This document shows positions 43,833 through 53,063 of a stretch of DNA of 64,000 nt, piece by piece. Under the pieces are notes generated by a model, which worked only from the letters and a program-made list of their open reading frames with translations, was not told where the DNA came from and did not search any database. Both the position numbers and the translations under genes were made by a program. Each line of letters starts with the position of its first letter. Position 1 is the stretch's first letter. Source of the stretch: an uncultured Victivallales bacterium (GTDB taxonomy: Bacteria > Verrucomicrobiota > Lentisphaeria > Victivallales > UBA1829); assembly GCA_944391115.1 (NCBI GenBank), contig CALXSJ010000012.1, forward strand, positions 41,630 through 105,629, written 5' to 3'.

Positions 43833-44969
43833 TCAGAAATCAAGCTCCGCTCCGGTTTCAAAGAAGGCACGGAAAGATTCCTCCAGACCGCGGATGACAA
43901 CCTGTCCGCCGTCCTTTTCCAGGGAAATCCGGTTTTCCGGCACATCCCGGGGAACGAGCCTGCGATACAGTTCGTCGATGCACCAGGTGTGTTCCCGCGC
44001 GATCTCCAGCGTGCAGGTGAAGACCGAGCGGTCGAAAACCTTTGCCGCCACGTCCCGGAACATGTCCGGATGCGGCGTGGAAAATTCGCGTTTTTCCCGC
44101 AGGGTTCCATCCGTGCCGCAGATGCTGCAGGTGTTGTCTCCGAAATCAATGTGAATCAAAGCGTCCGCGCATCGCATGCTGATCCGGGGAGGAATGATCT
44201 GGTCCGATGCATGACTGAAACAGGCGCGTATGGAAACTCCGTCCGCAGTCCGGAGGCGGATTGCGCAGGTGTCGAAATATTCAATGCTTCTTCTCGCCCG
44301 GTAAAGCTGCCCGTCGAGTTCGACCGGATGTCCGGATTTTTCAAAGCTCCTTCCCGCGAAGAAGAGCGGCAGGTTCAGATAATGGGCGAAGGCATTGTTT
44401 GCGGGAGAGTCCAGAATCAAGTCTCCCGATGCGGTTTTGATTTTTCCAGCCCAGTTGTTGCGCGCGTAATACGCGTCAGCCCGCGGCCAGACACCTATGA
44501 CGGCGATGGCGTGCAGTGCGCCGTAACGCCCGGCGGCAAGCTCTTTTTTGAGCCTCTGGAGTTCCCGGGAGTAGATGTGCTGGAATCCGACGGCGGCAAA
44601 GCAGCCCGATCCGGCTTCCGCCTCCCGCATGCGGTCGACTGCAGCTAGCGAACCCGCCGCGGGTTTTTCCACCAGGACGTTCACGCCATGCGCCAGAAAG
44701 GATTCTGTCAGCGGCTCATGCGAGGCGATGCCCGTCGGAAGGCAGACCAGGTCCAGAGAGGGGGCGCACTGTGCGAGCAGATCATCGGCGGACTCGAAAA
44801 CTTCGCATCCGATCGACTGGAAGTACTCCATGTCCTCCGGCGTTCTTTCCCGCGGCAGGACTGCCGCCGCCGCGAGTGTGATTTCTCCCGATTTCACCAG
44901 GAGCTTCAGGTGATTCAGATGAACTCTGGCATATCCGTTGATGCCGACCAGCGCTGTTCTTGCTTTCAT
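43833..44969 (-). CDS. Gfo/Idh/MocA-family oxidoreductase
   Basis: MKARTALVGINGYARVHL Rossmann N-terminus and VNVLVEKP motif. Confidence 0.8.
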   Translation of the reverse strand: MKARTALVGINGYARVHLNHLKLLVKSGEITLAAAAVLPRERTPEDMEYFQSIGCEVFESADDLLAQCAPSLDLVCLPTGIASHEPLTESFLAHGVNVLVEKPAAGSLAAVDRMREAEAGSGCFAAVGFQHIYSRELQRLKKELAAGRYGALHAIAVIGVWPRADAYYARNNWAGKIKTASGDLILDSPANNAFAHYLNLPLFFAGRSFEKSGHPVELDGQLYRARRSIEYFDTCAIRLRTADGVSIRACFSHASDQIIPPRISMRCADALIHIDFGDNTCSICGTDGTLREKREFSTPHPDMFRDVAAKVFDRSVFTCTLEIAREHTWCIDELYRRLVPRDVPENRISLEKDGGQVVIRGLEESFRAFFETGAELDF

Positions 44970-45160
44970 ATGCGATCCTTGTGTTGCGGCATGTCATGCG
45001 GAACCGGGGGAGGGGCGTGCTGACGGTGTCTGTCACGGCAGCTCCTGTCGATGAAGAACATCTTCCTGCGGCGCGGTTCCTGTTTGCCGGAAGAATAATA
45101 TTGTCCGGATTCCGGAAAGATCAAGCGCGGAAGCGATTTTTTCCGCTGAATGGCAAGATG

Positions 45161-46144
45161 TCAGAAGTAATAGCGGATCAGCGCCCTGGATTTCAGGTTG
45201 TCCGCATATTTTGCGCGCATCTCATTCTTGGCTTTTCGATCCAGCTGACGCCGGATTTCTTCCGATGCCTTTTCAAAGGCGATGCGCTCTTCCGGAACAA
45301 TGGAGGCGAGGCGGATGAAATAATACCCCTCCGGCGTTTTGACCGGACCGACAATCCGGCCCGCCTCGATATTTTTCAAGGCCGCGGCAAATTCGGGACG
45401 GAGCTTGTCCTGATCCACGAAGCCGACGTTTCCGCCGCTTTCCGAATTCGCAGCGTCGGAGTTGTCCCGGACAATCCGCGCGAATCGTGCCGCGTCCGCG
45501 CCCGCGAGCTGCTCCGAGAGTTTCCTGCATGTTGTTTCGGGATCCATTCCGGAACGTCCTCCGTCATTGGCAATGTGGAGGAGCTGCAGCTCATACCGGG
45601 CAGGTTTCGTCCACTGTTTCTGATTGGCGGTGTAATATTCATAAACTTCTTTCGGCGTGATGTAGATCGGCCGGTCGCAGTATTCCGAGAGCAGAATGTC
45701 GACGGCGAGCTTCTCCTTGACTTTTTCCCTGAGTTCGGTCATGGTCGTGCCGAGCTCCTTGGCTTTCTTCAGGAGTCCGCCGCGCGACCCGCCGCCCATG
45801 GATACGGCGAGGGAGTCCATCAGATTTTCGATGTACTGCTCTTCGATCGGGAAGGGTTTTTCCTTGTAGGAGTCGTAGACAAGTTTGCGGACGATGATTT
45901 CATCAATGACCTCTTTGCGGAGTTTGGCGATTTCACTGTAGAGCCGTGCGCCCGTGAACATGCTGGCCAGACGCATTTCCTCGCGCCCGCTTTCAATCAG
46001 GACATCCAGCAGGGTGATCGGCTCCCCGTTGACCGAGGCAAGAACGGAGTCCACGCGTGTCTCCCTGCCGATGTCCTGGGCGGCAAGCGGAAGCGCGTGA
46101 AGCAGAAAGGCGAAAATCCAGAGCGTAAGCAAGTTCTTCATCAT
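45161..46144 (-). CDS. SurA/PrsA-like periplasmic chaperone with parvulin PPIase domain
   Basis: Signal peptide MMKNLLTLWIFAFLLHALPLAA. SurA-N-like region SVLASVNGEPITLLDV. The parvulin segment ends in GPVKTPEGYYFIRL. Confidence 0.75.
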   Translation of the reverse strand: MMKNLLTLWIFAFLLHALPLAAQDIGRETRVDSVLASVNGEPITLLDVLIESGREEMRLASMFTGARLYSEIAKLRKEVIDEIIVRKLVYDSYKEKPFPIEEQYIENLMDSLAVSMGGGSRGGLLKKAKELGTTMTELREKVKEKLAVDILLSEYCDRPIYITPKEVYEYYTANQKQWTKPARYELQLLHIANDGGRSGMDPETTCRKLSEQLAGADAARFARIVRDNSDAANSESGGNVGFVDQDKLRPEFAAALKNIEAGRIVGPVKTPEGYYFIRLASIVPEERIAFEKASEEIRRQLDRKAKNEMRAKYADNLKSRALIRYYF

Positions 46145-46265
46145 TCTTTATCTTTCTCCTGAGAGACTTTTTTTCAATTCCATATTGTATTTGATAAATC
46201 CGAAATTTCAATAGGCGTTTCCGGTTTTCATCGCGATTTTGCCGCCGGACTCCGGCTCAGGCTCT

Positions 46266-48461
46266 TCATGAGACCCTCTCTGCGAACGGACGGCGCAGAC
46301 ATCCGATCCTGCTCAGCATCAGCAGACCGGCGCAGGGGAGAATCCCGTTTCCGGCCATCATGAAAAATGCCGTCAGGAACACGCCGGCGGCTGCTCCTGC
46401 CGTTTCCATGCTCCAGAAGAGCGGCGCTGCATCGTCATTCGCCCTGCCGGTCATTTCGCGCAGCAGGCTGCCGCCGGACAAGCCCGCGGCAAAAAGAAGC
46501 GTTCCGAACAGCGCCGGCGGAAGAACTCCTTCCGACAGCAGGGAAAGCGCTGGCAGTGCAGGCAGCGCGAAGGAGAAGATCCTGAGACAGTGTTCCGGAA
46601 TCCGGAAGCGTCCGCCTGAAAAAAGTCCGATGGCGATTCCGGTCCACAGAAGAGCTCCGTAGAGTCCCAGCATCCGGTACAGTGTGCCGTATGCGGTCTG
46701 GAAAAGGATCATGGAGAATGTAAGCATCCCTCCGAGATAAAACCCGTTTTCCAGGGATGTGAACAGGGTTTTCCGCGTGATGGTCGTGGAAGCGAAATAA
46801 CGTGAAATCAGATAAAGCAGCAGAATTCCTCCGGTCAGAGCCCATCGGTGGAAAAGACAGAAATCGGACAGCCGGAGCAGGAACTCCGCCGGGGCAGTCT
46901 GCGTGAAAACGGGATGTCTCCGCCAGTAGCTGAAGAGGAGCGGCGCAGCGGCCCGCCGGTTGGATTCCGACACGATGGAGCGGCCGATGATCTTCTGTGT
47001 CCGCGTATGAAGTTCCGGCTGCGAGTGGAGAATCACAAGAAGCCCTTCCGGGAAAACCTCGCTGTTCCGCATGAGTGCTGCCGCCCGTGCGTCCAGCGTG
47101 TCGAGATCGTTGGTAATGTTTCTGTCTCCGCCGAAGGCCATCGGCACGGATCCCGGAGCGAAAACCACCTTCGGAAAGACTTGACGCATGGTTGCGGCGA
47201 TGATCCCGTGCAGTTCGGCGATGCTTTCCCGCGTGTAGGCGGACGGAGCGGGGAGGGTTGTGGCGAAGACGCCGCCATCCGCAAGGCGTCCGGATGCGTC
47301 GCGGTAGAATTCCGTGGAATACAGGCGGTCCGCATCCAGATTCTGGGGCAGGGGGGGGACGACAAGGATCACGTCATAAGTGTGACAGGTTTTGTCCAGG
47401 AAACGGACGGGGTCGTCAATAATGATCCGGAAACGCGACGATTCCGGAGGGAGGAGCTCGAGAGCCTTCGCCGCTTTCAGCAGCTCTCTGTCGCGGACGA
47501 CAAGATCCAGCGAGGCCGTGAGCGGCAGCGCAGCGAATGCTTCCGGCAGTCCGGAAAACGCGTTGCAGATCAGAAGCGCCCGGAGGCTGTTTTTATCCGG
47601 CTGAATGCCGCAGATCAGCGCCGTCAGGCGGTGTCGGTCCGGAGTGTCCGGCAGAGTTGTGACGCTTTGCCCGTTGGCCGTGAGAAGGAAGCGGCCGTCC
47701 GGAAGCCGCAGAAGTTCGGTACGGCCTCCGGGAGTGTCAACGCGGATCGCATCCTTTCCGGCGCGCAGCGGATCCGCCAGGGAGAGACGCTGTTCCAGAA
47801 AACCGCAGGTCGTGTGAATCAGGGACGCTGCGGACAGGATTGCCAGAAGAGCCAGCGCTCCCCGGAGAATCTTCCGTTTCAGCAGCGGGAGATGAAGGAT
47901 GAGCGCGGCGAGCAGAAAAAAAAGACCGCTCAGAAGCAGCAGAAGCAGCATGTTGTCGAAACTGTGAATCAGCACTGCAAGGAGCACTCCGGAAAAAGCC
48001 GCTCCGAAATAGTGCACGCCTGACAGCGGAGCCGTGCGGGGCGCATCTGCCGCAGAACGCAGTGCGAAGGCGAAGTTCAGCCCGGAAAAGAAGAGCGGCA
48101 GCGCAAGAAGCGGCAGCGCCAGTGATGCCGTCATGAGATTCTTTCGTGTCATGGAGAGCAGCGGCAGCAGAAGAGGAAGCAGAAGAGAGACTGCCAGAAC
48201 CGGCAGGGGAGAGGCAAAGGCGCCTGTGGTTCCGGTGTTTTTTTTCCGGATGAGAGAGCCGGCAATTCCGCCGCATGCCGCGAAAAGCAGACAGAGAATG
48301 CCAGGAATTACATAGGCGATTTCCGCCCCGTAGGTCCGCACGGATGTTTCCCGGAGAAGAAATCCCGCATAGGCGACGGCGAACGCACTGCTGAAAAAGA
48401 GCGGCGGAAGACGTTTCGGCAGCAATGAGTCTCCGTTTTGCCTGTCAATCCTGGAATCCAT
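46266..48461 (-). CDS. polytopic membrane protein fused to a spermidine-synthase-like methyltransferase-fold domain
   Basis: Many TM helices at both ends. The central part reads YDVILVVPPLPQNLDADRLYSTEFYRDASGRLADGGVFATTL, as in spermidine synthase family proteins. The ORF-track start at 48497 is a GTG. The first ATG is at 48461. Confidence 0.75.
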   Translation of the reverse strand: MDSRIDRQNGDSLLPKRLPPLFFSSAFAVAYAGFLLRETSVRTYGAEIAYVIPGILCLLFAACGGIAGSLIRKKNTGTTGAFASPLPVLAVSLLLPLLLPLLSMTRKNLMTASLALPLLALPLFFSGLNFAFALRSAADAPRTAPLSGVHYFGAAFSGVLLAVLIHSFDNMLLLLLLSGLFFLLAALILHLPLLKRKILRGALALLAILSAASLIHTTCGFLEQRLSLADPLRAGKDAIRVDTPGGRTELLRLPDGRFLLTANGQSVTTLPDTPDRHRLTALICGIQPDKNSLRALLICNAFSGLPEAFAALPLTASLDLVVRDRELLKAAKALELLPPESSRFRIIIDDPVRFLDKTCHTYDVILVVPPLPQNLDADRLYSTEFYRDASGRLADGGVFATTLPAPSAYTRESIAELHGIIAATMRQVFPKVVFAPGSVPMAFGGDRNITNDLDTLDARAAALMRNSEVFPEGLLVILHSQPELHTRTQKIIGRSIVSESNRRAAAPLLFSYWRRHPVFTQTAPAEFLLRLSDFCLFHRWALTGGILLLYLISRYFASTTITRKTLFTSLENGFYLGGMLTFSMILFQTAYGTLYRMLGLYGALLWTGIAIGLFSGGRFRIPEHCLRIFSFALPALPALSLLSEGVLPPALFGTLLFAAGLSGGSLLREMTGRANDDAAPLFWSMETAGAAAGVFLTAFFMMAGNGILPCAGLLMLSRIGCLRRPFAERVS

Positions 48462-48540
48462 GGTTCCCCGTTTCCGTTGCAAAGAAAAAGACGGCACTCG
48501 ATCTGTCGGAACGAATGCCGTCGGATGAAATCAGCATGGA

Positions 48541-49788
48541 TCAGGGAAGCTGGACAACCGTTCCCGCCTTGATTTTGCCGTCGGCGGGAAGCGCCGGATT
48601 CAAAGTTTTGATATCGTCGGCCTTAATTCCGTACTGGGCGGCGAGCGCATCAATTGTAGTGTCCGTCGCGGGGACAGCCGTATCCGTCAGGGAGGCGGGA
48701 AGATTCGCATCGGCTGCCGGAGCCGCGGTGCCGGAAACCGCTTTGACCGCGTCCTCGGAGGCAAGCGGTTTGTCGCCGGCGGGAGCTGCCGGAACCGCTT
48801 CCGTTCCGTTTGCAGCGGGGACCGGAGCGGAGGTGTTCAGAGGCGCGGTTGCCGCATCCGGATTCTGGATGTCCTTCAGGAGGAGTTCCTCGTCAAGAGC
48901 GGCGGTCTTTCCCGTTGCGGGAGCGCCGGCGGAAGCCTGTTTTTCAACAGCTGCCGGAGCGGCTGCCGCAGCTTTGCTTCCGGTCGGCAGATTCAGTTTC
49001 TGCCCGATCTGGAGACGATTGGAGGAGACGCCCGGATTCGCCGCGGCGATCGCGGAAACCGTGACGCCGTATTTTGCCGCAATCTTCGAGAAGCTGTCGC
49101 CTTCCTTCACAATGTAAATGCCGTCCGCGGGAACGGCTGCTCTGGCTGTTTTGCGGGCGGATCTGGTTCCGGCAGCTTTTTTCTTTCCGGATTTTTTCGG
49201 CGCCTTCCTGTCGGCGGTTCCCGCCGCGGGCTTCTGCTGTTTGACGGCCTTGGAGCCGGCGGGAATGATTAATTTCTGGCCGATCCTGATCGGCTTGCTG
49301 GGAACGATGTTGTTGTAGGCGGCGAGCTCGGCGACGGAGATGCCGTACATCCGTGCGATTTTCCAGAGGGAGTCTCCCTTCTGAACGACATAGGTCGTGT
49401 CCTTGTCCGTCATGGCTGGAGCCGTCTTTTGGGGTTCCGGCGTTTTTTCCGGTGCGGGCGCTGTTTTTGTTTTGTCATCGGCAGCAGGAGCGGAAAGATC
49501 ATCCGGCAGAGCGGCGTCTTTTCTGTGGTCGATCTGCTGCTTGTATTCCTCTGTTTCCGTTGCAGGAGCGGAGAGCATGGCGGAGGTTTCGTCCTGCTGC
49601 GGCGCCGGTTTCGCCGTCGGCTGCGGCACATAAATTCCGGGAGGCATCGGCGGATCTTCCGGAGCGCAGCCGCCGGTCAGGAACATGCCGCCCAATACGA
49701 GATGAAGTACCGCCACAGTGGATAAGATGATGATGACTTTTGCTTTCACGGTTCCGTGCCTCCAGTTAGTATTCTCATTGCTATTCAT
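48541..49788 (-). CDS. membrane-anchored protein with three LysM peptidoglycan-binding repeats
   Basis: The LysM repeats are YVVQKGDSLWKIARMYGISVAELAAYNNI, YIVKEGDSFSKIAAKYGVTVSAIAAANPGV and IDALAAQYGIKADDIKTLNPAL. They are separated by Ala/Pro/Thr-rich linkers. Start taken at MNSNENT, before the TM anchor. Confidence 0.8.
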   Translation of the reverse strand: MNSNENTNWRHGTVKAKVIIILSTVAVLHLVLGGMFLTGGCAPEDPPMPPGIYVPQPTAKPAPQQDETSAMLSAPATETEEYKQQIDHRKDAALPDDLSAPAADDKTKTAPAPEKTPEPQKTAPAMTDKDTTYVVQKGDSLWKIARMYGISVAELAAYNNIVPSKPIRIGQKLIIPAGSKAVKQQKPAAGTADRKAPKKSGKKKAAGTRSARKTARAAVPADGIYIVKEGDSFSKIAAKYGVTVSAIAAANPGVSSNRLQIGQKLNLPTGSKAAAAAPAAVEKQASAGAPATGKTAALDEELLLKDIQNPDAATAPLNTSAPVPAANGTEAVPAAPAGDKPLASEDAVKAVSGTAAPAADANLPASLTDTAVPATDTTIDALAAQYGIKADDIKTLNPALPADGKIKAGTVVQLP

Positions 49789-49985
49789 TCTTCCAGTATA
49801 TTTCAGCATGGCGCCGTCCCGGACGTGCGCCATGGCGTATTGTACGCTTTCAAAAGCTATTTTTCAATACCGGATTTGCGAAAAAGCGGCATATTTTCTG
49901 TTTTCCCGAACCCTTTTCCGGGATTCCCGCGGAGAGGCGGAATATATCCGACGCGCAGGGGTTCCGGAATCCCCGCTCCGGATGC

Positions 49986-50480
49986 TCAGGCCAGATATTT
50001 CCGATAAAGATCCAGGTCGGATTCCCGGAAGCAGCAGAAGAACACCTCTTCGGGAAAAATTCCGTCCCATTTCCGGACTGTTTCCACGGCGATCCGCGCG
50101 GCCGCTTCCGCGGGAAAGCGGTAGACGCCGGTGGAGATGCAGGGGAAGGCCACGGTGCGGCAATGTTTTTCCGCTGCGCGCGCCAGCGAATTCCGGTAGC
50201 ACGCGGCCAGAAGTTCCGCCTCCTGATGGCCGCCTCCGCGCCAGACCGGTCCAGGCGTGTGGATCACATGGCGGCAGGGCAGGTTGTAGGCGGATGTGAT
50301 GACAGCCTCTCCCGTAGGACAGCCTCCGATCTGAAGGCACTCCTCCAGCAGTCCCCGGCCGGCCGCACGGTGGATTGCGCCGTCCACGCCGCCGCCTCCG
50401 TTCAGTCTGCAGTTCGCCGCGTTGACGATGGCGTCCACGGCAAGTCCGGTGATGTCGCCTGCGATTGCGTGGAGTTTCAT
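49986..50480 (-). CDS. macro domain protein (YmdB-like O-acetyl-ADP-ribose deacetylase family)
   Basis: Start at MKLHAIAGDITGLAVDAIVNAANCRLNGGGGVDGAIHRAAG (complement of 50478-50480). It overlaps the upstream kinase stop as ATGA. Confidence 0.85.
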   Translation of the reverse strand: MKLHAIAGDITGLAVDAIVNAANCRLNGGGGVDGAIHRAAGRGLLEECLQIGGCPTGEAVITSAYNLPCRHVIHTPGPVWRGGGHQEAELLAACYRNSLARAAEKHCRTVAFPCISTGVYRFPAEAAARIAVETVRKWDGIFPEEVFFCCFRESDLDLYRKYLA

Positions 50481-51904
50481 GAGATCACCTCCTGTTTCAG
50501 GAAGCGCCGGAACAGACGTTCCGCGCAGTCCGTGTGTTTTGCTTCCGCCGCCGCGCTCCGCACCATGGTTTCGCCGGCGGCTTCGAGATTTGGATAAACG
50601 CCGAGCGCGGTCATGCCGATCATGGCGGCTCCGAGCAGAGAGGCTTCGGAATTGGCCGGAAGCAGCTTCCGCTGGCGGAAAAGAGCTCCCGCCGTCTCCC
50701 TGACCGCGGCCTCGCGGCAGGCCAGAGCCTGCAACGCCAGATTCGGGCGCTTCCCCGCAAGTTCCTCCAGAAGATCGGCGCATTGCCGCAGGGGACAGAG
50801 CGCGCCGAACACTGCCGCGCGGCAGAAGTCCGGCAGGGTGTGGGAGGCCTTCATGTGCAGCCACGCGCCGTTCGGCGCATAGTCCATGCTGGGGGCGCCG
50901 CGCCCGAGAATATAGGGAAGAAAAAGAGGCTGCTCCTCCGAGAGCGGAACGCTCTGCGCAAGACGGAAAAATTCATCCATGGAAATGTTATGGAGGTTTG
51001 CGAACCATTCAAAGGAAAAACCGCCGGAGGGGACGGATCCCAGATAGAGTTCTTTCTCCGGATCGGCATGTGCGAAGACAAAAAGCTTTCCCGCCAGTTT
51101 TTTTCCCGTTCCCGGCCTCCCCGTGCCGAGGAGCTGTCCCGCCGTCCCGAGTGTCAGCGAAAGCGTTGTGTCATTGACGCCGCTTCCGAGCGCCGCGCTC
51201 GCCAGATCCCCGGCGCCGATGACCACCGGCGTCCCGCGCGGAATGCCGGTTGCCGCGGATGCTTCGGGGGTGATCGTTCCGCAAATGGAGCAGGAAGGAA
51301 GAATCTGCGGCATTTTCGCGGAATCGATTCCCAGGTCGCCCAGAAGAGAGTTTGACCATTGTCTTGCTTCCAGTTCCATTGCCAGCGTGCCGGATGCGTC
51401 GGATGCGTCGGTTGCAAAATTGCCGGTCAGGCGCAGCGCGATGTAGTCCTTGCTCTGCAGAAAACGGCAGGTTTTCGCATAGAGTTCCGGCGCATGGCGT
51501 TTCATATGGAGGATCTTCGGAAGCGTGAACACGGGGATCGAGGCATTGCCGAAGCGTTCCGGCAGCCTGGAGCCGTAACGGGCGTTGAGCTCGTCGGATT
51601 CCGTCTGTGCGATATTTGAACTCCAGAGCATCGCGGGGGCGACAGGGCGTGAGTCGGAAGAAACGCCGAGCAGCGCGTGCATGTTTCCCGTCAGCGCGAC
51701 GGCATCTGGCGTTTTTCCTGATTTTTCTGTATGCTCACGGAGCAGGGCGCCTGCGGCGTCGAACCATTCCGCGGCGTCCTGGGTATCCGGTGCGGCCGCG
51801 CGGTTGAGGCGTCTGCTCAGAAGAGTGTCCATCCTTCCGGTTTCATCGAAGGACGCGACTTTGATCCGGCTGGTTCCGATGTCGATGGAAAGAATCCGCG
51901 GCAT
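50477..51904 (-). CDS. FGGY-family carbohydrate kinase
   Basis: MPRILSIDIGTSRIKVASFDETG. The 475-aa two-domain length and GAGDLASAALGSG are typical of xylulokinase/gluconokinase-like enzymes. Confidence 0.85.
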   Translation of the reverse strand: MPRILSIDIGTSRIKVASFDETGRMDTLLSRRLNRAAAPDTQDAAEWFDAAGALLREHTEKSGKTPDAVALTGNMHALLGVSSDSRPVAPAMLWSSNIAQTESDELNARYGSRLPERFGNASIPVFTLPKILHMKRHAPELYAKTCRFLQSKDYIALRLTGNFATDASDASGTLAMELEARQWSNSLLGDLGIDSAKMPQILPSCSICGTITPEASAATGIPRGTPVVIGAGDLASAALGSGVNDTTLSLTLGTAGQLLGTGRPGTGKKLAGKLFVFAHADPEKELYLGSVPSGGFSFEWFANLHNISMDEFFRLAQSVPLSEEQPLFLPYILGRGAPSMDYAPNGAWLHMKASHTLPDFCRAAVFGALCPLRQCADLLEELAGKRPNLALQALACREAAVRETAGALFRQRKLLPANSEASLLGAAMIGMTALGVYPNLEAAGETMVRSAAAEAKHTDCAERLFRRFLKQEVIS

Positions 51905-51915
51905 GCTGCACCGCC

Positions 51916-52659
51916 TTACGGGAGGAGATAGGCGTTCTGGAGGAGCGGATCCTCCAGAAGTTTTTCATTATGCTCAAGTCCGCCCGGGGCATTGGAACTC
52001 AGAAAGACCGGCGGGGTTTTTCCCGCCGCTTCGATTTTCTCCACGGCGAGCGCGGAGAGCGCATGCAGAAGGAACGAGCCCGCAATCGTTGAAAGAGGTC
52101 CCATCGGATAGGCGCCGACCCGGATGGAGGCGTCGCCGCAGGGAACGTGGTTGTCAATGAGAACTGCCCGGTCCGCGAGCGCGTGGAGATTCGGAAGGGC
52201 TGAGTGGTTTCCCCTCTGATCCTTATAGGCGGACGAGGTCACGAGGATCAGCTTCGCGCCGCGCTTCAGGGCCGCGTCCGCGACCGCCACCGGCGCGCCG
52301 TTCTTGCCGGAGGTGGAGACGATGAGCAGCACGTCATCCTTCTGGATCCGCGAACAGCGGATGATCGCATTGCCGACTTCCTCGCTGTGTTCAACGGCGC
52401 TGGTCAGCAGTCCCGGCGTTGTCGCAATGCTCATGCCGGGGCCCCAGAGCGGACGCCAGAACGCCGGAGCTCCCGCGCGGTAGAAGACGTCTTCCGCAAG
52501 GATCGCCGAGTGGGTGCAACCGAAAATATAGATGGTGCGTCCTGCATTGTATGCGTCCGCGATGAGCGCCGCCGCTTTTTCGAGAGTTTCCTCCTCTCCG
52601 GCCAGCTCCTTGAGAAGATGTTCGACGTTTCTCCGATAATCCGCGATGATCCGGTTCAT
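51916..52659 (-). CDS. SIS (sugar isomerase) domain protein
   Basis: 247 aa. GRTIYIFGCTHSAILAEDVFYRAG...LLIVSTSGKNGAPV is a SIS phosphosugar-binding pattern. 11-nt gap to the downstream kinase gene. Confidence 0.75.
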   Translation of the reverse strand: MNRIIADYRRNVEHLLKELAGEEETLEKAAALIADAYNAGRTIYIFGCTHSAILAEDVFYRAGAPAFWRPLWGPGMSIATTPGLLTSAVEHSEEVGNAIIRCSRIQKDDVLLIVSTSGKNGAPVAVADAALKRGAKLILVTSSAYKDQRGNHSALPNLHALADRAVLIDNHVPCGDASIRVGAYPMGPLSTIAGSFLLHALSALAVEKIEAAGKTPPVFLSSNAPGGLEHNEKLLEDPLLQNAYLLP

Positions 52660-52704
52660 GCTCTGCTCCCGCTTTGATTTGTGTATGCCGAGTTTTCTGT
52701 TTTT

Positions 52705-53037
52705 TCAGGATTGGTTCGTGCCGGCTTTCCCGGGATTCGTCTCCAGGGCTCCGGCGGGGCGTGTCCGTGCCGCCGGATCGACGACTTTCGAATCGATGAC
52801 GGTGCATTCGATGTCGCAGTCCGCCGCGTCCTCCTGTGCGGAGGAAGCGGAGAAGCCGCGGCCTCCGCGCGGGAAGGTCGTGCTGCTGTACCAGCGCAGT
52901 CCGCCGTTCCATCTGCGGTTGGAGAGAAGCGAGAAAAAGAGCATCAGCACCAGAAGAAGCGGAATCAGCAGAAGAAAAAGGACTGCGCATACGGGCACGC
53001 AGATCAGAATCAGAAGAAGTTTCAGATATGGTCTCAT
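52705..53037 (-). CDS. small hypothetical membrane protein
   Basis: 110 aa. N-terminal hydrophobic stretch LKLLLILICVPVCAVLFLLLIPLLLVLMLFFSLL. My hand count shows G/C-rich third codon positions in this frame. It fills the gap between the SIS gene and pcnB. No family recognised. Confidence 0.45.
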   Translation of the reverse strand: MRPYLKLLLILICVPVCAVLFLLLIPLLLVLMLFFSLLSNRRWNGGLRWYSSTTFPRGGRGFSASSAQEDAADCDIECTVIDSKVVDPAARTRPAGALETNPGKAGTNQS

Positions 53038-53063
53038 GAATTTGCTCCGGTTGCAGGGGGCGG

